From positions 928,001 through 992,000 of the forward strand of contig CAVYYI010000001.1 in assembly GCA_963772725.1 (NCBI GenBank): a stretch of 64,000 nucleotides of DNA, read 5' to 3'. Shown here piece after piece: positions 9,934-19,801 of the stretch. Made by a program: the position numbers and the translations under genes. The notes beneath the pieces are model-generated. The model was not told where the DNA came from and did not search any database. It worked only from the letters and a program-made list of their open reading frames with translations. This DNA is from an uncultured Phycisphaerales bacterium (lineage in GTDB: Bacteria > Planctomycetota > Phycisphaerae > Sedimentisphaerales > Anaerobacaceae). Within the stretch, counting starts at the first letter, position 1. Each line of letters starts with the position of its first letter.

Positions 9934-12675
9934 TTAGACGGCGTAAACGGGCATATCTTTTCTGAGCAGTTCGTAAATGGTTTTGCCTGACTTAATGGCA
10001 TCAGCGGAGGCCTTTCTGAATTCGGCCTGCAACTGATTGTAATCCATAGCTTTCAATGTTGCCACATCTTTGCCGGTCTTGCCATTCTCTGCGACGAACT
10101 TTGCCATCGCGTCTGTGGCCATCTCACGAATAAGCTGCCAGAGTTCCTTGCCGTCTCTTGCGGCAACGGCTCTGCCCAGCGCCAGCGACAGGGACAGAAT
10201 CGCGTTCATACCAAGAACGCCTTTTCGCTGCATAATCTGAATCTTTCTCTGTGCAGGAGCGTTCTGGTCGATTATGCCCAGAGCAATAGCTTCCTGGCAT
10301 TCGATACTCAAAAGCTGTCTGTCTGTATCGAGCAGACTGCCGAGCTGCGAAAGCTTCTTGCCCGTAAAGGCCTTTGCCAGTATGGTTTCAATATGGTTGA
10401 CCGCATCCATACAGCCTTTGCCGTCGTAACGTCTGCTTTTCTTCCATAGAGCCAGAAGTTCCGGGTCGTTCTTGGCCTTAAGCTCGTCAAACTTGATTCC
10501 CTTCTTGAACCTGTAAGTGCCGTCCTCTTCGCTCCTGAACAATTCCGGATATTGCTTGGTTATTTTTCCGGAACGAACGATACTGTCAACATAGTGAATA
10601 GCCTCGTCGATACCAGCGGAAGTTCCCAGAGGAGTGGAGCCTTTGAACCGTATAATGCCGCTTCTGCCGAGGAACAGTGTAGCCGCCGCGGAAGGAATAC
10701 CGGCGTTTGTGGCCTCTTCCGTTCCGCTGATTGTCTCGATGGTCAGCATTCTGATTAAGAGGCTTGTGATATCCATTTCTGAGGCATTAGCCGCAAGTGT
10801 AACATCGCTTCTGCCTGTTAATTTAGTAATCAGTTCTTTAAGGCTTGCTTCCATTTGCTGCTTTTCCTGCTGGGAGATTTCCTTCTGGCTGGCCTTTGCC
10901 AGGGCGAGGATTTCCATTACGCGGCCGTACTTCTGTAATCTTTCAGTGTTGGCGCCGCCGCCTGCCTTCATACCCATGGCGTTCATTGCTGTAGAGATAT
11001 CCGCCTCAAACGGGTCATTGGGAGATTTCGAGCGGTGTGAAACAACCAGTTCAGCGTTATAAGCCAGAGATGTCAGCATCGCAAGCACTGTTTCGGAAAG
11101 AGTTCCAATCTGGTTGGCTTTAATAAGTGATGCGTTGATTTCGCCGTTCCTGGCGCACTTTTCGATATTTTCATCCTTTGTCGTAACAAGGTCATCACCG
11201 ATGATGAATATTCTGTCGCCGAGACCTTCAACATTATTTTGTTTATCGCCCTGCATGAGCAGTTTCCAGCCGGCGTGGTCTCTTTCACCGAAACCGTCCT
11301 CAATGGAAAGAACCGGGATGCCTTTTCCCATCGCCTCTTTGTAAAGCTTAAGAACTTCATCACGGCTCATATCGACTTTACTCTTATCTCTCCAGAAACG
11401 ATACATACCGACCGAATCCATCTGGCCTGTCTCTTCGCGATACGCGTTTTCAAGTTCTGAGGCCGCCGGGTCAAGGGCGATTGCCACATCGACGCCGGGA
11501 ACATATTCGCAATCGAGAATGGCCTGCTTCATCATTCGCCACATTCTCTGTTCAGGAACTCTATCGGTTGGCTCTTTATCAATGTAAGGAGCAAGACCGC
11601 CTTCAAGGCCGATACCCATAACCTTTGCGCCTGGAGCAGACTCGATAATTTCCTTGAGACGATACTGAAGTTTAACGGTCATTTCCTGCGCCTCTTCATA
11701 GGTTTTCGGCGAAAGAGGCATGAACATGCTTTCCTGCATGCTTATATTGCTTTCGGGATATTCTTTTTCTGTATGGCGGCCGCCCATTGCGCAGTTTCTG
11801 AACTGCCAGGGTGCGGTTACCTTTGTGCCGTTTTTCAGTGTGATTTCCTGCGGCCTTGAAGTGAGCATTTTCTGCTTTACTTCTTTTACACGAACCAGCC
11901 AGCTTTCCTTTGAAATGGCCTGAGCGGCTCTTGCGGCCTGCTCGGCAGCAGCCTTTTCTCTTGTCCTGAATTCTTTAAGTTTACCGCGGTCTGCCTCGAA
12001 GCGGTCTAACAATGCGACGCAACCGGGAGCGAGGAAGAACCTGCCGATATAAATCAGTATGTCGCTGCCGGTCTTAAGTCCGAGTGCAATAAGAATCAGA
12101 GCGACAGGCAGACAGATTGTGGCCAGCCATTGACTCCAGATAGGAGCCGCCGCCGCCACTGCAAGATTATATGGCGCATCTGGTGCGTAGTTGCCTGCAT
12201 CCCTTTTGACACCGCCGAATTTACCCCACGGAATAGCCAAAAACATCTTCGCGTACCAGCCGAATTTTTCACCAAAGCCTTTGTCTTTCATAGCGTCTGC
12301 CATTTCCTGTGAATCCTTGTTCAAGGCGGTCAGCTTTGCGGCGGTGAGGAAGTGTCCCATTTCGTGAATGGCGATGGCGGTGTGCCACGACAGGTACAGA
12401 ACCGCCAATGAAATAAATGTTTCCCAGCTTGCGAACACGAACTCGAGAACCGCGAACTTTGGTTTTATCGCATCAGGAATTGCGAACACCTTGTCGAGCC
12501 AAAGCATCTGGCCGCCGGCGGTAGCCGCTGAAATATTCAAAATAGATGAAATAAAGGCGGCGTGGAAGGAAACCAGTTTATGGTTCGCTATTACCCAGCC
12601 TCTTTCAAGATACCCTGCCGCACGGGGCATTAATAAGCCTTCTGCCGTTTTTTCTGTCCTGCTTTTCATTGTCAT
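9934..12675 (-). CDS. Membrane-anchored, circularly permuted enolase with N-terminal M50-like HExxH domain
   Basis: aa ~287-590 barrel motifs GGRH, QESM, GLEGG, LDPAASE, SIEDG, GDDL, LIKANQIGTLSE, SHRS, MKAG; aa ~643-850 capping-domain motifs PLGTSAG..EA, RYDGKG, LGMNAILSLSLA; aa ~30-230 hydrophobic with HEMGH. Confidence 0.85.
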   Translation of the reverse strand: MTMKSRTEKTAEGLLMPRAAGYLERGWVIANHKLVSFHAAFISSILNISAATAGGQMLWLDKVFAIPDAIKPKFAVLEFVFASWETFISLAVLYLSWHTAIAIHEMGHFLTAAKLTALNKDSQEMADAMKDKGFGEKFGWYAKMFLAIPWGKFGGVKRDAGNYAPDAPYNLAVAAAAPIWSQWLATICLPVALILIALGLKTGSDILIYIGRFFLAPGCVALLDRFEADRGKLKEFRTREKAAAEQAARAAQAISKESWLVRVKEVKQKMLTSRPQEITLKNGTKVTAPWQFRNCAMGGRHTEKEYPESNISMQESMFMPLSPKTYEEAQEMTVKLQYRLKEIIESAPGAKVMGIGLEGGLAPYIDKEPTDRVPEQRMWRMMKQAILDCEYVPGVDVAIALDPAASELENAYREETGQMDSVGMYRFWRDKSKVDMSRDEVLKLYKEAMGKGIPVLSIEDGFGERDHAGWKLLMQGDKQNNVEGLGDRIFIIGDDLVTTKDENIEKCARNGEINASLIKANQIGTLSETVLAMLTSLAYNAELVVSHRSKSPNDPFEADISTAMNAMGMKAGGGANTERLQKYGRVMEILALAKASQKEISQQEKQQMEASLKELITKLTGRSDVTLAANASEMDITSLLIRMLTIETISGTEEATNAGIPSAAATLFLGRSGIIRFKGSTPLGTSAGIDEAIHYVDSIVRSGKITKQYPELFRSEEDGTYRFKKGIKFDELKAKNDPELLALWKKSRRYDGKGCMDAVNHIETILAKAFTGKKLSQLGSLLDTDRQLLSIECQEAIALGIIDQNAPAQRKIQIMQRKGVLGMNAILSLSLALGRAVAARDGKELWQLIREMATDAMAKFVAENGKTGKDVATLKAMDYNQLQAEFRKASADAIKSGKTIYELLRKDMPVYAV

Positions 12676-12737
12676 TTTTTCTCCTGTTTATATTAGATTC
12701 ATTCTTTTTACGTTTTTCGTCGGTCGGTTATACTGCT

Positions 12738-12816
12738 CGTTTCGTCGTGCGTATTGCGTACCGCGTATTGCGGGCCTTTTTCGCACGACGCTTCACGCAC
12801 GACGCAATACGATACC
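12738..12816. repeat. Degenerate 7-bp (TATTGCG/CGCAATA-type) repeats in inverted arrangement
   Basis: TCGTCGTGCGTATTGCGTACCGCGTATTGCG ... CGCACGACGCTTCACGCACGACGCAATACG. Confidence 0.7.
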
Positions 12817-12935
12817 AGTGCATTTTAAAAAACCTGCAAAGTTTGCCATTTTTCAACGCTCCTGTCAACAATATTTTCCAAACATCGCTAAATTTTTAGA
12901 CAGGATAACAGGATTAACCTTTTATTCTTTCAAAT

Positions 12936-13122
12936 ATCAAGCTTGATATGCGACGGATGAAGCTTTGAAAATGATTTTTGAAGCTTCATATATTAAAAAT
13001 GAAGCTTCACATTCGATATTTGAAGCTTTAAATTTCGTTTTTGAAGCTTGATATGTGACATTTCATCTTCGATTTATGGGATGTTATGCTTGAAAAACAG
13101 CGTTTCCAGTAATGGAAAATGC
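12936..13122 (+). repeat. 21-bp-period degenerate tandem array, copy 1 (~8 units, AAGCTT core)
   Basis: Units start at 12936, 12957, 12978, 12999, 13020, 13041, 13062, 13083 (e.g. ATCAAGCTTGATATGCGACGG, TTGAAGCTTGATATGTGACAT); ends in GAAAAACAGCGTTTCCAGT. Confidence 0.85.
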
Positions 13123-13255
13123 CGACGGCGGATGACTCGTATAAGTGTACGGACGACTTGTTCCTTGACAAAAACGGCGGTTTTGATAGTAAAAACCAGT
13201 TTAACCGAAGATTGATACCAATTCGGTTACTTTATGGCCGGACATCTTTAATTCT

Positions 13256-14089
13256 TCACTTTCCCTGATCGCCAGAAACTTTATACCCTAAAAAATGAGA
13301 AATCTCTTTTGAAACTTTGAATGACCAATCTGAAATCACCTGACAACTGTCGAGATAATTTGTTCTGAGGCGGGCGTGGTTATCGGTGCTAAGACTGCCA
13401 TCATAGCTTTTTTCAAAGTAAAAATTGTTACGATCTATTTGCTCATTAATGATATTAAGTTGACGGAAGATATTTAATAATAAATTGCGTTCTTTCTTTT
13501 TCAGTATGGGGATTGAGTGAATGTTGTTCTGTAAAAAGTCATACCGCAGCTTTTTTATGAATTGGCAACTACTTCCTTGTTGTCGTTCGGTCTTAAAATG
13601 TTCGTGGACGCGAACAAAATCCTGAATGTTTTGCTTGTTGTCAAGGAGTTGAATTATCTGGTTATGCAAGGCCTCGTCATCAAGAGGAGCGGATAGCTGA
13701 AGAAAGTTGAATTCTTTATCTAATTTACACCAACATTCAACTTTTTCGGCTGAAATAGAAGCATCGCGGTTAAGAATAAGGTAGCTTAAAATAGATAGGT
13801 TCTGTTTCAATTCCGCAAGGACTCCTTCCCGAAATTCTTTCTTTTTTCTTACCCTATGCAGATAATCTATAAAACACGTGCTGATCAAGCCAAGTATAAA
13901 ACCAAATAATATATCAAACTTGGAAGATAATCCTTTAGCCCAAATACCGTCTTCCGCCGTCCCTGATGGAACAGTTGAATTGTTAGCAGATAATCTCAAC
14001 GCGTTGGGGTCATAATTATCAGATGAAAAACAGTAAGCAGTGGCTAAGCAAATCGGTATCGCTGCCCAACAAATATGGTTCTTGTACAT
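13256..14089 (-). CDS. Hypothetical protein, signal peptide plus one TM segment
   Basis: 277-aa AT-rich ORF with AAAGGAAG RBS; hydrophobic ILFGFILGLIS; no family recognised. Confidence 0.65.
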   Translation of the reverse strand: MYKNHICWAAIPICLATAYCFSSDNYDPNALRLSANNSTVPSGTAEDGIWAKGLSSKFDILFGFILGLISTCFIDYLHRVRKKKEFREGVLAELKQNLSILSYLILNRDASISAEKVECWCKLDKEFNFLQLSAPLDDEALHNQIIQLLDNKQNIQDFVRVHEHFKTERQQGSSCQFIKKLRYDFLQNNIHSIPILKKKERNLLLNIFRQLNIINEQIDRNNFYFEKSYDGSLSTDNHARLRTNYLDSCQVISDWSFKVSKEISHFLGYKVSGDQGK

Positions 14090-14173
14090 ATCACGCTTCC
14101 TTTAAATTGTGAACGAAAATTGCGACTCTCTGGCCGCTAACAGCCTCATTTATACGCACCTATCCTTATTTCG

Positions 14174-15910
14174 CTACTTGTAAATCAACTTAAAAAGGTT
14201 GTTTGCCGACTCCACATCCAGAGTTTTTAAGATTTTGTACTCCTGCAAAGCAGAATTCTTGTTTCCGATGTCAACATAAGCAATACCAAGATTATAGTGT
14301 GCGTTGACATAGTTCGGTTTAATTACGATTGCTTGTTTGTAAGCCTCTATTTCTTCTGAACTATGGCTGAGTTGACCGCAAGTAACACCAAGACCATAGT
14401 GCGCCTCTGCGAAATCTGGTTTGATTGTGATGGCTTGCTTGTATGCTTGCATTGCTTCCTGCCAGCGACCAAGTTGCCCGTAGACAAAACCAAGTTCTGA
14501 GTATGCCTCTGCATAAATCGGTTTGGTCCTTATTGCCTGAGTACACGCTTCTATGGCTTCTTGATATCGACTGAGTAGTCCACAAGCAACGCCGAGATTA
14601 TAATAAGCCTCTGCGTAATCTGACTTACTCTTTATTGCCAGTTTGCACATGTCAATCACTTCCTGATAGCTGCCAAGAGTTCCGTAAACAACACCAAGAT
14701 TATAGTATGCTTCAGCATAATCATGTTTGATATTAATTGCTTGCTTAAGCGATTTCAGTGCATCTGAACTACGACCAAGATTGCTATAAACAATGCCAAG
14801 GTCAAAATAAGCCTGGGCGTAATCCGGTTTGATTCGGATCGCTTCATTAAAAGCTTCTATCGCCTTATCATTGTTACCAAGATTATGGTAAGCAAATCCA
14901 AGTTCAAAGTGTGCGCTGGCATAATTGGGATAGATTTTTATGGCTTCCTTGCAAGCTTCTACCGCCTGTTGATATTGACCGATTTTGCAAAAAGCTACGG
15001 AAAGAGCATAATACCCAGCAGCATAATCCGGTTTGATTCTTATTGCCTGTTTGAAGGCCTCTATTGCCTCCTTCCAATTGCCGCGGCCACTGTAAGCAGC
15101 ACCAAGGCCCGCATATGCTTCGAAGCAATTTGGGGTTTTTGTGAGTGCCTTTTGAAAATAAACAATAGCCGTATCCCAGTTTTCTTGGAACACTTCTACA
15201 ATACCCTCTTCATATAACTTTTCAATATCGTTAGGTTCTGTCTTTGAAATCTGGGCAGCATAATCTCTCAAAACGGTTAATTTGCCAGTTTCTTCCAACG
15301 CTATAAGTCTATAGCTCGGCACAACAAAATTTAGGTTTTTGGGAAATATCAATGTAGCAATGCCTATTACCTCACCTTTGTTGTTTATAACCGGACTTCC
15401 GCTTGAGTCAGGTGAAATGGTAGCAGCTATCTGGATTATTTTGCCAAAGGCGGGAATATCTTGAACTGATGATACGATGCCGTTTGATACAGTTGATTCA
15501 AAGCCAAGGGGATTACCTATAACAAAAATATCCTCACCCTCAGAAGGCACATTCACGCTGAGTTTTAAGAATGTTATATTGGCATCCGGTATGTTCACGA
15601 CGAGCTTGACAATATCGGCTTCGGTATTTTTGGCAACAATACCCTGCACCGGATATTCTTTGCCTGCTGATGTTTTAATAGTAGCTGAATAAGCGCCTTT
15701 GATAACGTGATGGTTCGTGATAAGCCTGCCTTTATTATCTATGAAGAATCCGCTTCCCTTAGCAATTGGCTTGTTATCCTTGTCGAAGGTTTCTATAAGA
15801 ACAACGCTTGACTTTACTTTTTTTACCAAATCGACAAGAGTCTGGTCGGCTTGTATAGCCGAAAGACTTATTAATAAAATACTCGCGAACAAAAGATTCC
15901 GTTTTTTCAT
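14174..15910 (-). CDS. Secreted trypsin-like serine protease with C-terminal TPR array
   Basis: Signal peptide, GSGFF, TNHHV, ADIV, SPDSSGSP; about 10 34-aa TPRs (AEAYYNLG...A...A). Confidence 0.9.
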   Translation of the reverse strand: MKKRNLLFASILLISLSAIQADQTLVDLVKKVKSSVVLIETFDKDNKPIAKGSGFFIDNKGRLITNHHVIKGAYSATIKTSAGKEYPVQGIVAKNTEADIVKLVVNIPDANITFLKLSVNVPSEGEDIFVIGNPLGFESTVSNGIVSSVQDIPAFGKIIQIAATISPDSSGSPVINNKGEVIGIATLIFPKNLNFVVPSYRLIALEETGKLTVLRDYAAQISKTEPNDIEKLYEEGIVEVFQENWDTAIVYFQKALTKTPNCFEAYAGLGAAYSGRGNWKEAIEAFKQAIRIKPDYAAGYYALSVAFCKIGQYQQAVEACKEAIKIYPNYASAHFELGFAYHNLGNNDKAIEAFNEAIRIKPDYAQAYFDLGIVYSNLGRSSDALKSLKQAINIKHDYAEAYYNLGVVYGTLGSYQEVIDMCKLAIKSKSDYAEAYYNLGVACGLLSRYQEAIEACTQAIRTKPIYAEAYSELGFVYGQLGRWQEAMQAYKQAITIKPDFAEAHYGLGVTCGQLSHSSEEIEAYKQAIVIKPNYVNAHYNLGIAYVDIGNKNSALQEYKILKTLDVESANNLFKLIYK

Positions 15911-16091
15911 TGTCTCAATTTCCAAAAAACTATGCTGCTTCAATACCCGTTTTTTTTGCGATTATACGAATTTGGGAGGGTAATACAACTATTTTTTGTG
16001 TGGGAACGCCGAAATACCCCTGCCCGCAGGTGGCAGGGCTAAACTTAAAAAACTTTTCTTAAAGGTTAGCAGATGATATAATCCCAGGTTA

Positions 16092-16150
16092 CTGCGTATA
16101 GCGGATAGCATATAGTAAACTGACCGCTGAACGCTGTACGCTAAACGCTA
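16092..16150. repeat. Degenerate 7-bp repeats (GCGTATA / CGCTAAA types)
   Basis: CTGCGTATAGCGGATAGCATATAG ... CCGCTGAACGCTGTACGCTAAACGCTA. Confidence 0.6.
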
Positions 16151-16178
16151 ATAGATAGGATAATAATGGGCAATTTAA

Positions 16179-17414
16179 ATGAAAGTCGCCCCGTTGCCGT
16201 TTCTGACGGGTGATGTTGTTGGGCTTGGCGGGGATATTAAGGTACGTGAAGAAGATTTTTTGGTCGAGGAGATGCCTTTGTATCAGGCCAGCGGTGAAGG
16301 TACGCATATTTACGCACTGATTGAAAAAAAGGGAATAGCGACGATGGATGCGCTGGCGCAAATTGCTCGTATGCTGCATATTCAGCGTAAAGATATCGGG
16401 TTTGCGGGGCAGAAAGACGCCCGGGCGGTGACGCGGCAGTGGATATCCATTGAGCATATCAAGCCTGAAACACTTTCAGGCCTTAATCTTCCAAATATCA
16501 AAATACTTCAGCTAACCAGGCATAATAATAAGATTAAGCTCGGCCATCTTTCGGCGAATCGTTTTGTCATTCGGCTGCGAAATATTGAGTTGCCGATGAG
16601 GCAGGCGGTTCAATTCGCGGAGGAAATTTTGGCCGTCCTGTCTAAAAGAGGCGTGCCGAATTATTTTGGTCCGCAGCGGTTTGGCAATCGCAGCGACAGC
16701 CACCTGCTTGGCCATGCTGTTGTAAGGGGACAAATAGATGAGTTCGTAGATTTATTTCTGGGTAATCCTCGGAAGACAGATTTGTCCGGCTTTTTGACGG
16801 CAAGGCAGGCTTATACAAAAGGGGATTATCAAAAGGCGCACGATGCGTGGCCTTATGTTTTTGCTGACCAGCGGCGGGCGCTTAAGGCTTTGATTAAAAG
16901 CGGCGGCAATAAGAAAAAGGCGTATAATGTAGTTGATAAACATTTAAAGCGATTTTTTGTTTCAGCATATCAATCGGATATTTTCAATCGCGTTCTGGCT
17001 GCGCGTATGCCAAATATAGATAAAATACTCGTTGGCGATATGGCCTACAAACACGAGAACGGCGCGTGTTTTCGTGTTGAAGATGCCGTTATAGAGCAGC
17101 CGCGATGCGACAGATTCGAGATTAGTCCGACAGGGCCATTGTTTGGTTTTAGAATGACGGAATTGACCGGGCCGGCTGGGGAAATTGAAAATCCGGTTCT
17201 TGTACAGACTCAGTTGCAGGAACGTGATTTTCGCCAGATGGGACAGCATAACTCCCGAGGCGGGCGCAGGCCCTTGCGGTTTCAGCCTCGCAATTGCAGC
17301 GTCGCAGCGGGAAGTGACGATCTGGGTGAATATCTCGAATTGAAATTCGAACTCGATTCCGGCTGTTACGCGACAACATTACTTAGAGAGATTACTAAAA
17401 CTGAGATTGTTTAA
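16179..17414 (+). CDS. truD: tRNA pseudouridine(13) synthase
   Basis: EDFLVEE, FAGQKDARAVTRQW, PNYFGPQRFG, GCYATTLLREI. Confidence 0.95.
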   Translation: MKVAPLPFLTGDVVGLGGDIKVREEDFLVEEMPLYQASGEGTHIYALIEKKGIATMDALAQIARMLHIQRKDIGFAGQKDARAVTRQWISIEHIKPETLSGLNLPNIKILQLTRHNNKIKLGHLSANRFVIRLRNIELPMRQAVQFAEEILAVLSKRGVPNYFGPQRFGNRSDSHLLGHAVVRGQIDEFVDLFLGNPRKTDLSGFLTARQAYTKGDYQKAHDAWPYVFADQRRALKALIKSGGNKKKAYNVVDKHLKRFFVSAYQSDIFNRVLAARMPNIDKILVGDMAYKHENGACFRVEDAVIEQPRCDRFEISPTGPLFGFRMTELTGPAGEIENPVLVQTQLQERDFRQMGQHNSRGGRRPLRFQPRNCSVAAGSDDLGEYLELKFELDSGCYATTLLREITKTEIV

Positions 17415-17500
17415 AGACATTAGCCACAGAGAACACAGAGGCCACAGAGAAGTGAAAATTAAGAAAAGAAAATAAAAATAATTTCTGGAAAGGCGGCAAA

Positions 17501-18472
17501 GTGGACGTATTTTTTTATGAGGCGTTTGAGGAGGAGGCGGAGGCGATAAAACGTTATCTGCCGGCGGGTATTTCCGCGGGCTTCAGTTGGAAAACGATTC
17601 AGGAGTATGGCAAGGCTGAGCCTGGTGCTGCGGTTGTCAGTATACGGACGCAGTCGATAATACCGCTGGACTGGGCGACAAAAATAGACGGCATACTTGC
17701 CCGCGCCACTGGTTATGACCATATCACCGCTTATCTGAAAAACTGCAAAATAAATATTCCGTGCGGCTATCTTCCTTTATACTGCAACAGGGCAGTGGCG
17801 GAACAGGCGATGCTGTTGTGGATGTCGCTTTTGAGGAAACTGCCGCGGCAGGTGCAAAATTTCTCCAGTTTTCATCGCGACGGACTGACCGGCAGAGAGT
17901 GCGCAAATAAAACTCTGCTCGTTGTGGGAGTCGGTAACATCGGGTATGAAGTTACGAGGATTGGCAAAGGTCTGGATATGGAAGTTTTCGGCGTCGATAT
18001 TGTTCAAAAGCACGCCTCTGTAACCTATCTGACCATAGAAGAAGCAATCGGCCGGGCTGATATAGTCGTCTGCGCGATGAATCTTACCGCCCAGAACAAA
18101 AACTATTTCAATTACCCCCTGCTCAAAAAAGCCAAAACCGGCGTAATTTTTATAAATATCGCCAGGGGCGAATTATCACCCTCTGCCGACCTGCTGAGGC
18201 TTATCGATGAAAATCATCTCGCTGGGATTGGTCTGGATGTCTATAATAATGAGAGCGAACTTGCCGTTTCGTTACGCAGCGGCAAGCCAAGCCCCGATAA
18301 AGATGTTCTGGCGACGCTGGAGCTGGCGAAACGGCAAAATGTCATCATGACGCCGCATAACGCATTTAATACGCAGGAATCGGTTGATAGAAAGGCAAGT
18401 CACAGCGCAAAACAGATTGAACACTTTTTAAAGAACGGAAATTTTATCTGGCCTGTACAAGTTTTAGCTTGA
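17501..18472 (+). CDS. D-isomer-specific 2-hydroxyacid dehydrogenase
   Basis: RATGYDH, AVAE, GVGNIG, INIARG, LDVY, TPHNAF. Confidence 0.88.
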   Translation: MDVFFYEAFEEEAEAIKRYLPAGISAGFSWKTIQEYGKAEPGAAVVSIRTQSIIPLDWATKIDGILARATGYDHITAYLKNCKINIPCGYLPLYCNRAVAEQAMLLWMSLLRKLPRQVQNFSSFHRDGLTGRECANKTLLVVGVGNIGYEVTRIGKGLDMEVFGVDIVQKHASVTYLTIEEAIGRADIVVCAMNLTAQNKNYFNYPLLKKAKTGVIFINIARGELSPSADLLRLIDENHLAGIGLDVYNNESELAVSLRSGKPSPDKDVLATLELAKRQNVIMTPHNAFNTQESVDRKASHSAKQIEHFLKNGNFIWPVQVLA

Positions 18473-18585
18473 CAACGGGTCGTCAATTAATTATTAAGGC
18501 TGGTTTAAAACTGATTTTACGATACCATTTTATACCCCTTAGTATTAAAATATCAGTGATAACTATTTATTTTTGGAGCAGTTAA

Positions 18586-18774
18586 ATGTTACCGGTAAAA
18601 AAGACGAGTAAGACAAGAATACGTACCCGTCGCAGTCATCACCGACTAAAACCTGTAAATTATTCGGTGTGTCCCAAGTGCGACCACGCCAAATTACCGC
18701 ACGCAGCGTGCGATAACTGCGGCTACCTCAATCCCAAGATTAAAATAAAGCTCGGCAAGGAAGAGAGCGAATAA
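18586..18774 (+). CDS. rpmF: 50S ribosomal protein L32
   Basis: PVKKTSK..RRSH, CPKC..LPH..C..CG; located before plsX. Confidence 0.93.
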   Translation: MLPVKKTSKTRIRTRRSHHRLKPVNYSVCPKCDHAKLPHAACDNCGYLNPKIKIKLGKEESE

Positions 18775-18777
18775 ACA

Positions 18778-19801
18778 ATGCGCATCGCGATAGATGTTAT
18801 GGGCGGCGATAATGCTCCCGATGAGATTATCGCTGGAGGCTCTGGAAGCGGTCGAATTCATCGACAAGGATGACATTCTTCAGCTTGTCGGCCCACAGGA
18901 CATCATAAAATCCAAGCTGCCTTTCCTGAGGTCCCGCAAGGATGCGACCGTCATTGTTGATGCCCCTGATGTTGTCGGGATGGATGAACCGCCGGTAGAG
19001 AGCCTGAGAACTAAGCCAAAAAGCTCAATCGCCGTTATGGCAAAAATGGCAAAACTCGGCGAAACAGACGCTGTTATTTCCGCTGGGAATACCGGCGCTT
19101 GCGTAGCGGCATTCCAGATGAGGATGAGAAACCTGCCCGGTGTTGTTCGCCCGGGGATAACCGTTGTTTTTCCCATGTTTGACGGCCCTGTAACAATTTG
19201 TGATGTCGGAGCAAATATCGCCTGCAAACCCATTAATCTATATCAATATGCTGTTATGGCTTCAATGTACTCCCAAAATCTGCTCGGAATCGAAAATCCA
19301 AGAGTCGGTCTTATAAGTATAGGTGAGGAAGACGCCAAAGGAAATGAAGTTAGCAAAAAAGCACGCGAATTAATAAAATCAGACCCCAAGATTAATTTTA
19401 TCGGAAACATCGAGGGAAGGGATATTTTCAGAGGCGTGTGCGATGTCGCAGTCTGCGAGGGTTTTGTCGGAAATGTAATTCTCAAGCTCACTGAAGGCGC
19501 GGTTGACGGGCTTTTCAAAACTATAAAGATGGAATTGATGAAAGAGAAACTCACACTCGCATTGAAATTCAAGGATGTTATGCTGAGAATCTATAAGAAA
19601 TACGATTACAATGAATATGGCGGCGCTCCGCTTTTGGGTGTTGACGGTACTGCCATGATATGCCACGGTTCCAGCAAAAGCAGAACGATTAAGAATGCCA
19701 TCTTATTTTCAAAAAAATATCATACCCAAAGAATTAACGACAAGATTACAGAATATTTATCAAACACTTCAGTAAGGATGACTGATGAGCAGGCAAGTTA
19801 G
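18778..19801 (+). CDS. plsX: Phosphate acyltransferase PlsX; +1 frameshift near 18837
   Basis: MRIAIDVMGGDNAP from 18778 joins the ORF with SAGNTGA, DVGAN, IGEEDAKG, GGAPLLG. Confidence 0.92.

Noticed and set aside
12368..12946. 192-aa plus-strand ORF and the many other antisense ORFs in the track
   Set aside because: They are shadow ORFs overlapping well-supported genes or repeat tracts, with no motifs.
14130..14160. True chromosomal dif site or integron attC array
   Set aside because: No XerD arm at 6-bp spacing, no integrase and no repeated attC sites.
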